Assembly (NCBI GenBank): GCA_002416285.1
Contig: DICM01000019.1
Coordinates: forward strand, 1,632-65,631
From: Bacillales bacterium UBA5026
GTDB lineage: Bacteria > Bacillota_I > Bacilli_A > RF39 > UBA660
Length of the DNA: 64,000 bases
Reading direction: 5' to 3'
Shown here: in pieces, positions 30,389 through 38,680 of the stretch
Numbering within the stretch: the first letter of the stretch is position 1
Layout of the letters: each line of letters begins with the position of its first letter
Made by a program: the position numbers and the translations under genes
The notes under the pieces: generated by a model
Database searches by the model: none
What the model saw: the letters and a program-made list of their open reading frames with translations, nothing else
Told to the model about the DNA's origin: nothing

Positions 30389-30712
30389 ATAAGGAAATCT
30401 TAAGATCTCCTTATTTTTTGTGGATAAGTTGATAATTGCTAACATATCATCATCCTCTGCCATAATATTCTTATGTAATTGTCCACATTTTTCACATTTA
30501 TAAATAATTTTATAGGTATTTTTAAACTTTTCCACATCGATTGGCTTTAATAATCCTTGACAGGTGTTCTCTCGGTCGCCTGGGAAGATATCAACATGTT
30601 TGGAATAAAGACAAATTGGACAATGATCTCTAGCTGTTTTGGTAGCTTTTTCTATATGTGCACCACAATTTTCACAAATAAATCCTTCATTACGCATATG
30701 AAATTGTTTCAT
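30371..30712 (-). CDS. RNHCP domain-containing zinc-ribbon protein
   Basis: CENCG...ARDHCPICLYSKHVD...CEKCG pattern. Confidence 0.65.
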   Translation of the reverse strand: MKQFHMRNEGFICENCGAHIEKATKTARDHCPICLYSKHVDIFPGDRENTCQGLLKPIDVEKFKNTYKIIYKCEKCGQLHKNIMAEDDDMLAIINLSTKNKEILRFPYLNEEW

Positions 30713-30819
30713 AGTACCCCTCCGTCTTATAATGTTATCATTGTTTCTTCAAAAAAGTCAAATAAAAAATTAGCAAAATAAAATAGTCCATGATATAATA
30801 TCAATGCGGATGTGAGAAC

Positions 30820-31533
30820 ATGGAATATAAAGTAACAATACAAGATTTTGAAGGACCAATGGATTTGCTCCTTCATTTAATAAAAAAATCAGAAATTGAT
30901 ATTTTTGATGTCAACCTTTGTGAAATTACTGATCAATATATGGACTATTTAAAGCAGATGGAGAAACTTGAGTTGGATATTGCGAGCGAATATTTAACAC
31001 TAGCGGCGGAGCTTATGGAAATCAAATCTTACATGTTACTTCCAAGACATGAAAGTGATGAAATCGAAGAGGAAGATCCAAGAGAAAGACTTCTTGGAAA
31101 ATTGGTTGAATATCAGCAGTACAAAGAAATAACAGAGAAGTTTAAAGATTTAGAATTAGAACGAAAAGAATATTTTACAAAAGAGGTAAGTGATCTTAGA
31201 GAATACCAGGAAGAAAAAGAAATTGAATTTGATTTTTGCTTAGATGATTTAACAAAAGCTTTTGCCGAGTTTTTAAAAAGAGCAGAAGAAAGCAAACCAC
31301 TTAATACAAAAATAGCAAAAAAAGAATATTCCGTTAGTAGACGAAATGAAGAGATTCGCTCATTATTAAAGGAAAAGAAAAAGGTTCAATTAGAAGAACT
31401 ATTCGATATTTATAGTCGAGATTATGTTGTAGTAACTTTTTTATCTATTTTGGATTTAACGAGAAAACAGGAAATCTTACTAGAACAAGAGCAAAATTTT
31501 TGTTGTATTAATTTATTATGGAGGGAGGATTAA
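30820..31533 (+). CDS. scpA: segregation and condensation protein A
   Basis: FEGPMDLLLHLIKKSEIDIFDV...ITDQY. Followed by scpB. Confidence 0.9.
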   Translation: MEYKVTIQDFEGPMDLLLHLIKKSEIDIFDVNLCEITDQYMDYLKQMEKLELDIASEYLTLAAELMEIKSYMLLPRHESDEIEEEDPRERLLGKLVEYQQYKEITEKFKDLELERKEYFTKEVSDLREYQEEKEIEFDFCLDDLTKAFAEFLKRAEESKPLNTKIAKKEYSVSRRNEEIRSLLKEKKKVQLEELFDIYSRDYVVVTFLSILDLTRKQEILLEQEQNFCCINLLWRED

Positions 31534-31534
31534 A

Positions 31535-32089
31535 ATGAATTTGAAGGCAGTATTAGAAGGTCTTTTATTTGTTACAGGAGAAGATGGATTAACCTTTGGA
31601 CAAGCAAAAGATATTTTGGATATTTCTAGTGATGATTTAATTGAATTAATTAAGGATTTGCAAAATTTATATTTGAATGAAGATCGAGGAATCCGATTAG
31701 ATATTCTAGGTGATCATTTAAAATTAACTACAAAAAAAGAACATAAACAGTATTATCAAGCTTTGCTGGATCATGATGATAATCCACTTTCTCAAGCAGC
31801 ATTAGAAACTTTAGCAATCGTTGCTTATAATGAACCAGTTACGAGAGTTCAAGTAGATGAGATAAGAGGAATTAGTAGTAGTCATATGATTCGAAAATTA
31901 GTTGCCAAAGATCTTGTAAAGGAACTTGGAAGATCTGAATTACCTGGTCGACCATTATTATATGGTGTAACCGATCAATTTTTAGATTATTTCGGTTTGG
32001 CTAGTACTGCTGAACTTCCTACAATAGAATTACCGAAAGAGGAAGACAAAGAAACTGATCTTTTTGAATCGAAGTATAAAGAGGATTAA
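31535..32089 (+). CDS. scpB: segregation and condensation protein B
   Basis: LEGLLFVTGEDGLT, ALETLAIVAYNEPVTRVQVDEIRG, GRPLLYGVT. Confidence 0.9.
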   Translation: MNLKAVLEGLLFVTGEDGLTFGQAKDILDISSDDLIELIKDLQNLYLNEDRGIRLDILGDHLKLTTKKEHKQYYQALLDHDDNPLSQAALETLAIVAYNEPVTRVQVDEIRGISSSHMIRKLVAKDLVKELGRSELPGRPLLYGVTDQFLDYFGLASTAELPTIELPKEEDKETDLFESKYKED

Positions 32090-32118
32090 TAAAATATATT
32101 CTTATGAAACATTTTTAC

Positions 32119-32146
32119 TTGAAATGAGTTTAATGTATGTTATAAT
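32119..32146 (+). promoter_or_regulatory. promoter of tRNA-Leu (TTGAAA-16 nt-TGtTATAAT)
   Basis: Hexamers at 32119-32124 and 32141-32146, about 15 nt before the tRNA 5' end. Confidence 0.5.
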
Positions 32147-32160
32147 AAGAATGTATTCTT

Positions 32161-32246
32161 GCTGGCCTGGCGGAATGGTAGACGCGATGGACTCAAAATC
32201 CATTGGTGGTAACACTGTGAGGGTTCAAGTCCCTCGGCCAGCACCA
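32161..32246 (+). tRNA. tRNA-Leu (anticodon CAA)
   Basis: GCTGGCC acceptor stem paired with GGCCAGC. Anticodon loop CTCAAAA. Long variable arm TGGTGGTAACACTGT. T-loop GGTTCAAGTCC. Encoded CCA. Followed by hairpin AAACTTTCTTC/GAGGAAAGTTT plus a T-run. Confidence 0.9.
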
Positions 32247-32377
32247 TAAGGAAATTAAAACTTTCTTCAAAATGAGGAAAGTTTTTTGTTGAATATTTTT
32301 CATAAAAAAGTGCCCAAAAAGTGTCCAAATATTAAATGTTAATAAATATTAATTGAATTTCGAGGTAGTAAAGTAAG

Positions 32378-32590
32378 ATGTATTCATATGAAATAAGAGA
32401 TTTATTAGCATTCAGAAATTATATTATATTTGCTTCAGAATATATGAAAGCATTTAATACTTATATAAGTACACAAATTGTACTTATAAGATATGATAAA
32501 GATCATAATAATTTTTTCGCGAAAACAAATGATGGTTATGAGTTTCATTTTAAAGTGATTCCTGATAAAGTATATATGAAGAATAAGTAA
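32378..32590 (+). CDS. hypothetical small protein
   Basis: 70-aa ORF with a weak RBS. No motif. Confidence 0.3.
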   Translation: MYSYEIRDLLAFRNYIIFASEYMKAFNTYISTQIVLIRYDKDHNNFFAKTNDGYEFHFKVIPDKVYMKNK

Positions 32591-32686
32591 CATTATTTTC
32601 GTACTAATTTGATGATAATCTTTAATATTCTTGACAAATCAATTTAGTATATATACAATATCATCTACATGAAATGAGGAATTATA

Positions 32687-33529
32687 ATGATTGATATTGG
32701 TATATCTGAAAAAGACTTTGTCGATATATTGAAAGTTACTCAATCAATTAATACATTATATAATATAATTGAAGAACCAAGGATAAATCAGATAAAAAAA
32801 GAACAATATATAGAATATTTAAAGATAGCTTTAGAGGTAGAAAATAGTATTTATAAAAGATTAGAGTTAACCTATATAAAAGTGTATAAATTATTGAAAT
32901 TTTTAAAAGAATTTGACCTTTTTGGAGAAAACGTATCAAACGTTCAAAACCATGTATTAGATCCTGTCTGTTCTAGAATGGATGGTAGAATTGTAAATCA
33001 ATTACAATCTCACTTAAGAAATTTGAATAAACAGAATGAATCACAACATAGAAATTGTCGTTATCAAAATAATATTAATAAAATATTTTTAGTAGCTTTA
33101 GCTAAAAAAATTAGTTCAACCCCTAATTCTAATAGTTGCAAAGGATTATTAAACGCTATTTATAATCTTTCTTTTGTCGATAGTGAGATAGAACAAATAT
33201 TAGTGAATTGTAAATTTAACCTTGATTTCTTAGTGATTTCTGACTCAGTTTGCCATCCTAATCTTTTTAGTAAAAAAAGCAAAAATATTATAAAAGAATA
33301 TATAGACAAGTTAATGGATTGTCCCACTAATCAGGAAGAGAACATAAATTTAGAATTGAGAAGATTATATATTGAGATGCATCTATCCTTTCTTAATAGT
33401 AAAATGATACAAGAGGTTGATTCTAATCTTTGTAAATTTATTGAAAAAGAAACACTCAGCGATACAAATAATCAACTGATTAAAGAATATATAGGATATA
33501 TAAGACAATATAAAAGAATCATTTTTTAA
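32687..33529 (+). CDS. hypothetical protein, paralogue of 33612..34796
   Basis: Preceded by TTGACA-17-TACAAT (32631-32659). Shares LK(V/I)TQSI..LY, YLKIALEVE and YK(R/K)L.LTY blocks with the next gene. Confidence 0.45.
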   Translation: MIDIGISEKDFVDILKVTQSINTLYNIIEEPRINQIKKEQYIEYLKIALEVENSIYKRLELTYIKVYKLLKFLKEFDLFGENVSNVQNHVLDPVCSRMDGRIVNQLQSHLRNLNKQNESQHRNCRYQNNINKIFLVALAKKISSTPNSNSCKGLLNAIYNLSFVDSEIEQILVNCKFNLDFLVISDSVCHPNLFSKKSKNIIKEYIDKLMDCPTNQEENINLELRRLYIEMHLSFLNSKMIQEVDSNLCKFIEKETLSDTNNQLIKEYIGYIRQYKRIIF

Positions 33530-33611
33530 AATCATTTTTTTATTAATGAAATTGACAAAATAATAATATTAATATACTATAACTTTAATTAATGCAGTAA
33601 GGGGATTTTGT

Positions 33612-34796
33612 ATGAATAGAAGTATGTTAACAGAAAAGGATAAAATAAATTTAGCAGATTTATTAAAAATCACTCAGTCGATTAGAGTTTTATATGATCG
33701 ATTATATAAATTAGAATTATCTGGGAAATTGCAAGGGAAACAAGTTCAAACTATTATATATTATTTAAAAATAGCTTTAGAAGTAGAAGATAGGGTTTAT
33801 AAAAAATTAAATTTAACATATGATAAATGTATTGAAATAATGAAGCTTTTGACTGCTCAAAAATATGTTGATGACGATATTTTTTACACAGAAAATGCTT
33901 TGTTTAAAGAGACTAACAGTGCGAGTGATAACGATGCTTTTTACACAGAAAAAGCTTTGTTTAAAGATACTTACAGTATGAATGATGATGATGTCTTTTA
34001 CACAGAAAATACTTTTCATAGGGGTATTTATAGCATAATTGATGATCGAATTTTAAGCCGATTAAAAAACTTTATAATAGATAGTAAACATGATTTTCAT
34101 CCTGAATTTTTCCCTTCACTAAAATCTGAAATGGAAGAGGAATTAGAAAATGATAATGAAGATTATATGCTCCAGGGTGTTCTCGTAGATGAAACTGCAG
34201 TATATGAATTTTTGGATTCTATAACAGATGATAACAAAAAGGATGCGATACGATTGGATGAATTATTGCATTTCTATATAGAACAGAACTTTTTGTTTTT
34301 TGCACAAAGAATGATTGATCGTAGGAAAAATAAAAAAGTTACTGCTCATCTTTTAAAAAGTAAATATAAATTGTCTTTTACCAACCAAAAACTCGAACAA
34401 AATCTATTACAGAAAAATTTTGAGATTTCAAAACGCGACATTTTTGGACGACAATTTTCCGATTGTGTATCTACACTTAGAAGCGACCCAATGGATGATA
34501 GTTATAAAAAAAATCTCAATTCCCTAGTTTATATCTGTGTTGAAGATTTGTTAAAAATTACAAACGATCAATATTATAAATATGAGGACGTGAAAATGAA
34601 TGCGCTCGTAAATATGCTCTATTTAAAGTCAGTTTTGTATCTTTGTGATAAAAAGAGTGTGTTCGACTTAGATAAAGTATGTATGGAATTAATTAATATG
34701 GAACCAACGAAAACATTTGTTACACGACAAAGTTATGAATTAGTGAAAAAAGCTTTTGAGACAGCTAAAAGATACAAAGAGACCTCTCAATTATAA
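33612..34796 (+). CDS. hypothetical protein with internal 19-aa triplicated repeat, paralogue of 32687..33529
   Basis: Preceded by TTGACA (33552-33557) and a TATACT/TACTAT -10. RBS AAGGGGA. Shares N-terminal blocks with the previous gene. Confidence 0.45.
   Translation: MNRSMLTEKDKINLADLLKITQSIRVLYDRLYKLELSGKLQGKQVQTIIYYLKIALEVEDRVYKKLNLTYDKCIEIMKLLTAQKYVDDDIFYTENALFKETNSASDNDAFYTEKALFKDTYSMNDDDVFYTENTFHRGIYSIIDDRILSRLKNFIIDSKHDFHPEFFPSLKSEMEEELENDNEDYMLQGVLVDETAVYEFLDSITDDNKKDAIRLDELLHFYIEQNFLFFAQRMIDRRKNKKVTAHLLKSKYKLSFTNQKLEQNLLQKNFEISKRDIFGRQFSDCVSTLRSDPMDDSYKKNLNSLVYICVEDLLKITNDQYYKYEDVKMNALVNMLYLKSVLYLCDKKSVFDLDKVCMELINMEPTKTFVTRQSYELVKKAFETAKRYKETSQL
33870..34040 (+). repeat. 3 x 57-nt in-frame tandem repeat (DDDIFYTENALFKETNSAS / DNDAFYTEKALFKDTYSMN / DDDVFYTENTFHRGIYSII)
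   Basis: Unit boundaries at 33870, 33927 and 33984 read directly from the sequence. The third copy is the most diverged. Confidence 0.85.
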
Positions 34797-35219
34797 GAGG
34801 TCTTTTTTATATTTTTTCATATATTCTATATATTTCTCTTTTAAATCGGAATGTTCCTCTAATATGGTTGTGAAAAAAGGAATATATCCGTTTCTTGGTT
34901 GATTTAAATGACAATTGATTTGATTTTTCCAATCGAGCAAATCAGTTAGGTAATCATAGCTTTTTTCTAATAGATTGTAATCTGTCTTTATTAGTTTGTA
35001 ATACATAGCATAATATAATTTTAAAAAATTTAAAATCTCCATTTGAATGAAATTACAAACAATAATACATTCTTTAGAGTCTAAATAATTATCTAAAGTC
35101 TGTTTTTCTAAGTTTTGATAATTGAGCAGTACTGCTTCTTTGGTGATAAATAAAAATTCTTCTAAAATATAAACAATATCAATTTTTTCAAAAATCCTAT
35201 TTGTAGAATCGGATTTCAT
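34791..35219 (-). CDS. hypothetical protein
   Basis: 142-aa ORF convergent with 33612..34796. Both stops lie inside hairpin AGACCTCT-N8-AGAGGTCT (34780-34803). Confidence 0.4.
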   Translation of the reverse strand: MKSDSTNRIFEKIDIVYILEEFLFITKEAVLLNYQNLEKQTLDNYLDSKECIIVCNFIQMEILNFLKLYYAMYYKLIKTDYNLLEKSYDYLTDLLDWKNQINCHLNQPRNGYIPFFTTILEEHSDLKEKYIEYMKKYKKDLL

Positions 35220-35311
35220 ATATTCTCACCCTTTTAAAGCTTATTATAAAGGTGAAAAAATTATTTGTCAATGAAATAAAAAGTATGTTATAATCGAAAG
35301 CAGGTGATTAT

Positions 35312-36490
35312 ATGAATCGTTTAATTTTAATTAAATATGGAGAACTAACTACGAAAAAATCAAATCGAAAAATGTTTATTCAAATGCTTGAAAATAATAT
35401 TATAAAAATATTGAATAATTTTGATTTTAAAATAAAAAAAGATCGTGTTCGTATGTACATTGAATGTAACGAATTAGATTTAAATAATATTGTTCAAAAA
35501 TTAAAAAAAATATTTGGAATTCATGGTATAGTTGTTGCTCATAAAGTTGATACTAATAAAGAAGCCATCGAACAAAAAGCTTTAGAATTAATTCAAAATA
35601 TCGAAGCTTCTACATTTAAAGTTGATACCAAAAGAGCGGATAAAACATTTGAAATTCACAGTATGGATTTTAATTGTCTTATTGGCGGATATATTTTAAA
35701 AAATACAACATTAAAAGTAGATGTTCATAATCCTGATATTCATTTATATATTGAAATTAGACCAGAAGGAACTTTCTTATATACAGATGAAGAAAAAGGA
35801 AATGGAGGATACCCAGTTGGTATCCAAGGAAAAGGAATGTTGATGCTCTCAGGTGGAATTGATTCGCCAGTAGCTGGATATCTCTCTTTAAAAAGAGGTG
35901 TAGATCTAGAATGTTTGTATTTTGAATCGCCACCACATACTAGTTTAGAAGCAAAAAACAAAGTAATTGAACTAGCAAACATCATCAATCAATATTCTGG
36001 TAATATTAAAGTTAATGTTGTGCCTTTTACGAAATTACAAGAGACAATCTATAAAAATGTTCCTGATAGTTATATTATTACCATCATGAGAAGAATGATG
36101 TATCGAATTGCTGAAGCAGTTGCAAAAAAACACAAGTGTAAAATTATTTTAAATGGCGAATCCATTGGGCAAGTTGCAAGTCAAACCTTAGATAGTATGG
36201 TGGTTATTAACAATGTAACTACTATGCCTGTAATAAGACCTGTTGCTTGTATGGATAAGTTAGAAATTATTGAATTAGCAAAAAAAATTGGAACATATGA
36301 AACAAGCATTCTACCATTTGAAGATTGCTGCACAATTTTTTTACCAAAACATCCAGTAATTCGACCTGTTTTAGAAAAGTGTATCGAATTTGAAAGTAAG
36401 TTTGATTATCAAAGTTTAGTTGAAGAATGTGTTAACAATATTGAAACCATAACAAAACTAGAAAAACAACAATATATAGATTTATTATAA
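35312..36490 (+). CDS. thiI: tRNA 4-thiouridine(8) synthase ThiI (no rhodanese domain)
   Basis: [14 protein letters not shown]-terminus, THUMP region, PP-loop SGGIDSPVA. Confidence 0.9.
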   Translation: MNRLILIKYGELTTKKSNRKMFIQMLENNIIKILNNFDFKIKKDRVRMYIECNELDLNNIVQKLKKIFGIHGIVVAHKVDTNKEAIEQKALELIQNIEASTFKVDTKRADKTFEIHSMDFNCLIGGYILKNTTLKVDVHNPDIHLYIEIRPEGTFLYTDEEKGNGGYPVGIQGKGMLMLSGGIDSPVAGYLSLKRGVDLECLYFESPPHTSLEAKNKVIELANIINQYSGNIKVNVVPFTKLQETIYKNVPDSYIITIMRRMMYRIAEAVAKKHKCKIILNGESIGQVASQTLDSMVVINNVTTMPVIRPVACMDKLEIIELAKKIGTYETSILPFEDCCTIFLPKHPVIRPVLEKCIEFESKFDYQSLVEECVNNIETITKLEKQQYIDLL

Positions 36491-36514
36491 CCATAAATTA
36501 CCAAACAAAAATTT

Positions 36515-36543
36515 GTATGAAAAAAACTTCCTAGCGCATGATA
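36515..36543 (+). promoter_or_regulatory. candidate forespore sigma-G type promoter (GTATG-17 nt-CATGATA)
   Basis: Matches the remembered sigma-G consensus GHATR-17/18-CATXHTA. Lies about 24 nt upstream of the SASP start codon. Confidence 0.45.
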
Positions 36544-36566
36544 TTAGTGTACAGGAGGTGAAACAT

Positions 36567-36788
36567 ATGAATAACAAAATGACTGGATCTAGCTCTAACA
36601 AATTAGTTGCTCCAGGTGCAAAACAAGCAATTGAACAAATGAAATACGAAATTGCTAATGAACTTGGGGTTAATATGGGACCAGACGCTACTAGCCGTGC
36701 AAATGGATCAGTTGGTGGAGAAATCACTAGACGTTTAGTTCAAATGGGTGAACAACATTTAGGTGGATCAAATTACCAAGCTAAATAA
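36567..36788 (+). CDS. alpha/beta-type small acid-soluble spore protein
   Basis: [25 protein letters not shown]...GGEITRRLV signature. ATG 36567 after AGGAGGTG. Terminator at about 36801-36827. Confidence 0.9.
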   Translation: MNNKMTGSSSNKLVAPGAKQAIEQMKYEIANELGVNMGPDATSRANGSVGGEITRRLVQMGEQHLGGSNYQAK

Positions 36789-36921
36789 TCTATATAAAAT
36801 GGACAGTTTCCGGGCTGTCTTTTTTTATAACATTCAAGCTATAATATGGCAAAATTCCATTTTTTAGTAGTAATAATTTTGTCATAATTAGGGAGAATAT
36901 TAGTATAAGGTGGTGAAGTAT

Positions 36922-37128
36922 ATGAACAGTAACAATAAATTAGTTGCTCCAGGTGCAAAACAAGCAATCGAACAGATGAAGTACGAGATTGCTCGTGAAT
37001 TTGGAATAACTTTAGGTGCCGATACCACAAGCCGTTTAAACGGAACTGTTGGTGGGGAAATGACAAGACGTTTAGTTGAACTCGGTGAACAATCACTAAG
37101 CAATAAACAATCATTTAATAAACAATAA
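36922..37128 (+). CDS. alpha/beta-type small acid-soluble spore protein
   Basis: [24 protein letters not shown]...[12 protein letters not shown] 36922 after AAGGTGGTG. Terminator AAGGAATC-CACT-GATTCCTT at 37127-37149. Confidence 0.9.
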   Translation: MNSNNKLVAPGAKQAIEQMKYEIAREFGITLGADTTSRLNGTVGGEMTRRLVELGEQSLSNKQSFNKQ

Positions 37129-37204
37129 GGAATCCACTGATTCCTTTTTCATTGACGAAACTATTATTTTATTATAAAATGATAACAGAATAGAGGCGGT
37201 TTTA

Positions 37205-38611
37205 ATGAATGAAAAGGGTTTTGCAGTTTCAGGTATTTTATATTCTATTTTATTACTATTCATGATTATTGTAATTAGTGTAATAACAATGCTTGGAGAT
37301 CGCCGTACAGTACTAGAGAGAATCAAAAGAGAAGTCTTAGGAGAGCTTAGTGAAAATATAAGTGATTTTTATGATGAGGCAAAAGGTGTAAATAAACCGC
37401 AACTTTCTAGTGGGATGACACCGATTAAATGGGTTGGTGGAGTGGAAACGGTAACTACAGTAGATGATCCAGATTGGTATAATTACTCTAATAAATTATG
37501 GGCTAATGTTAAGACTGCTGATGGATCATATTGGGTATGGATACCAAGATACGCATATAAGATAACCAGTGGATATCACAGTAGTACAACGGGTACAATT
37601 GATGTTAAATTTTTAAAAGGAAGTTCCAATTTAACTGCTGATGGAACAACGATTGAAAGTAATGGATACTTTGCTGGAAGTAATGATACTTCAATGCATT
37701 ATTTTGTTCATCCTACTTTTCAAAATAATATTAACAAATATGGGTTTTGGGTAGCAAAATTTGAACCAACTGCTGCAGAGGGTGTAGCAAATGGATATCG
37801 TTCTGATTGGACATGTCCAACAATAGGAGATGATGTCACAACTAAAACAATTAAAGTCGTACCAAATGTTCAAAGCTGGAGATGTATTAGTATTTCAAAT
37901 GCTTATAATGCGAGTTTATCTATGAAAATGAAGACAATTTATGGATGGGAATTAAATAGTGTTGATTCCCATATGATGACAAACTTAGAATGGGGATCAA
38001 CGTATTATTTAACTTTATCAAAATACGGAGCTAATACAAATGAGGTATATATCAATAATAGTCAAACTTATATAACAGGATGTGCAGGAAATACAGCTTC
38101 TGAAACCTCTTATAATGGGTGTCAGAATGCCTATAATACTGCAATAGGTGTGAAAGCAAGTACGACATGGAATATTACGGGAATTTATGATATGAGCGGC
38201 GGAGCTTGGGAAAGAATGATGGGAGTTTACAATGATGTAATAGAGTCTAGTGGATTTACTACAAATGAGTTAACTAGTATTCCATCTAAATATATTACAA
38301 AATATACAACACCAACTTCTAATTTATTAAACAATGTAGGAATGGATTATGATGCAACCATCTATGGTGATGGAATCTATGAAACAAGTACAGGGGCATT
38401 CCGCTATAATGGTACAATATGGGCTGGAAATTCTCAAGGAGGTTGGGGAAATGAAATAACTTATCTTCCAACGGTTACTGGAGCATGGTTTAGTCGTGGA
38501 ACACATTTTGATTATACAGGTTTTGCAGGACTGGGTAGTTTTAGTGGGTACTATGGTAGTAAAGCGTATAGTTACGGTACCTTTCGTCCAATTGTTTCTA
38601 TAATAAAATAA
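37205..38611 (+). CDS. membrane-anchored protein with ComGG-like pseudopilin N-terminus and FGE/SUMF1-like C-terminal domain (tentative)
   Basis: N-terminus MNEKGFAVSGILYSILLLFMIIV (pilin-like, but no Glu at +5). From KGVNKPQL onward it is roughly 70% identical, by eye, to the C-terminal 400 aa of 51285..52940. Motif order WVWIPRYAYK, HPTFQ, WVAKFEP, YDMSGGAWER, SRG..F, FRPIV resembles FGE-sulfatase domains. Confidence 0.55.
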   Translation: MNEKGFAVSGILYSILLLFMIIVISVITMLGDRRTVLERIKREVLGELSENISDFYDEAKGVNKPQLSSGMTPIKWVGGVETVTTVDDPDWYNYSNKLWANVKTADGSYWVWIPRYAYKITSGYHSSTTGTIDVKFLKGSSNLTADGTTIESNGYFAGSNDTSMHYFVHPTFQNNINKYGFWVAKFEPTAAEGVANGYRSDWTCPTIGDDVTTKTIKVVPNVQSWRCISISNAYNASLSMKMKTIYGWELNSVDSHMMTNLEWGSTYYLTLSKYGANTNEVYINNSQTYITGCAGNTASETSYNGCQNAYNTAIGVKASTTWNITGIYDMSGGAWERMMGVYNDVIESSGFTTNELTSIPSKYITKYTTPTSNLLNNVGMDYDATIYGDGIYETSTGAFRYNGTIWAGNSQGGWGNEITYLPTVTGAWFSRGTHFDYTGFAGLGSFSGYYGSKAYSYGTFRPIVSIIK

Positions 38612-38680
38612 AAATGATATAATGTAATTGGATTTTATAAAATAGAAAGTAATAAATGTAAATATTATAGAGGAATTGGT

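Noticed and set aside
32064-32328. ORFs 32064..32249 (+) and 32140..32328 (-).
   Set aside because: Both overlap the tRNA-Leu(CAA) gene and its promoter and terminator. No RBS. Artefacts.
32250-35250. A classical integrase-borne genomic island at tRNA-Leu.
   Set aside because: No integrase or recombinase gene was found, and I found no repeat of the tRNA 3' end by eye. It is kept only as an accessory patch of unknown origin.
36485-37114. Minus-strand ORFs 36485..36727, 36839..37114 and 36900..37103.
   Set aside because: Antisense to the two strongly recognisable SASP genes.
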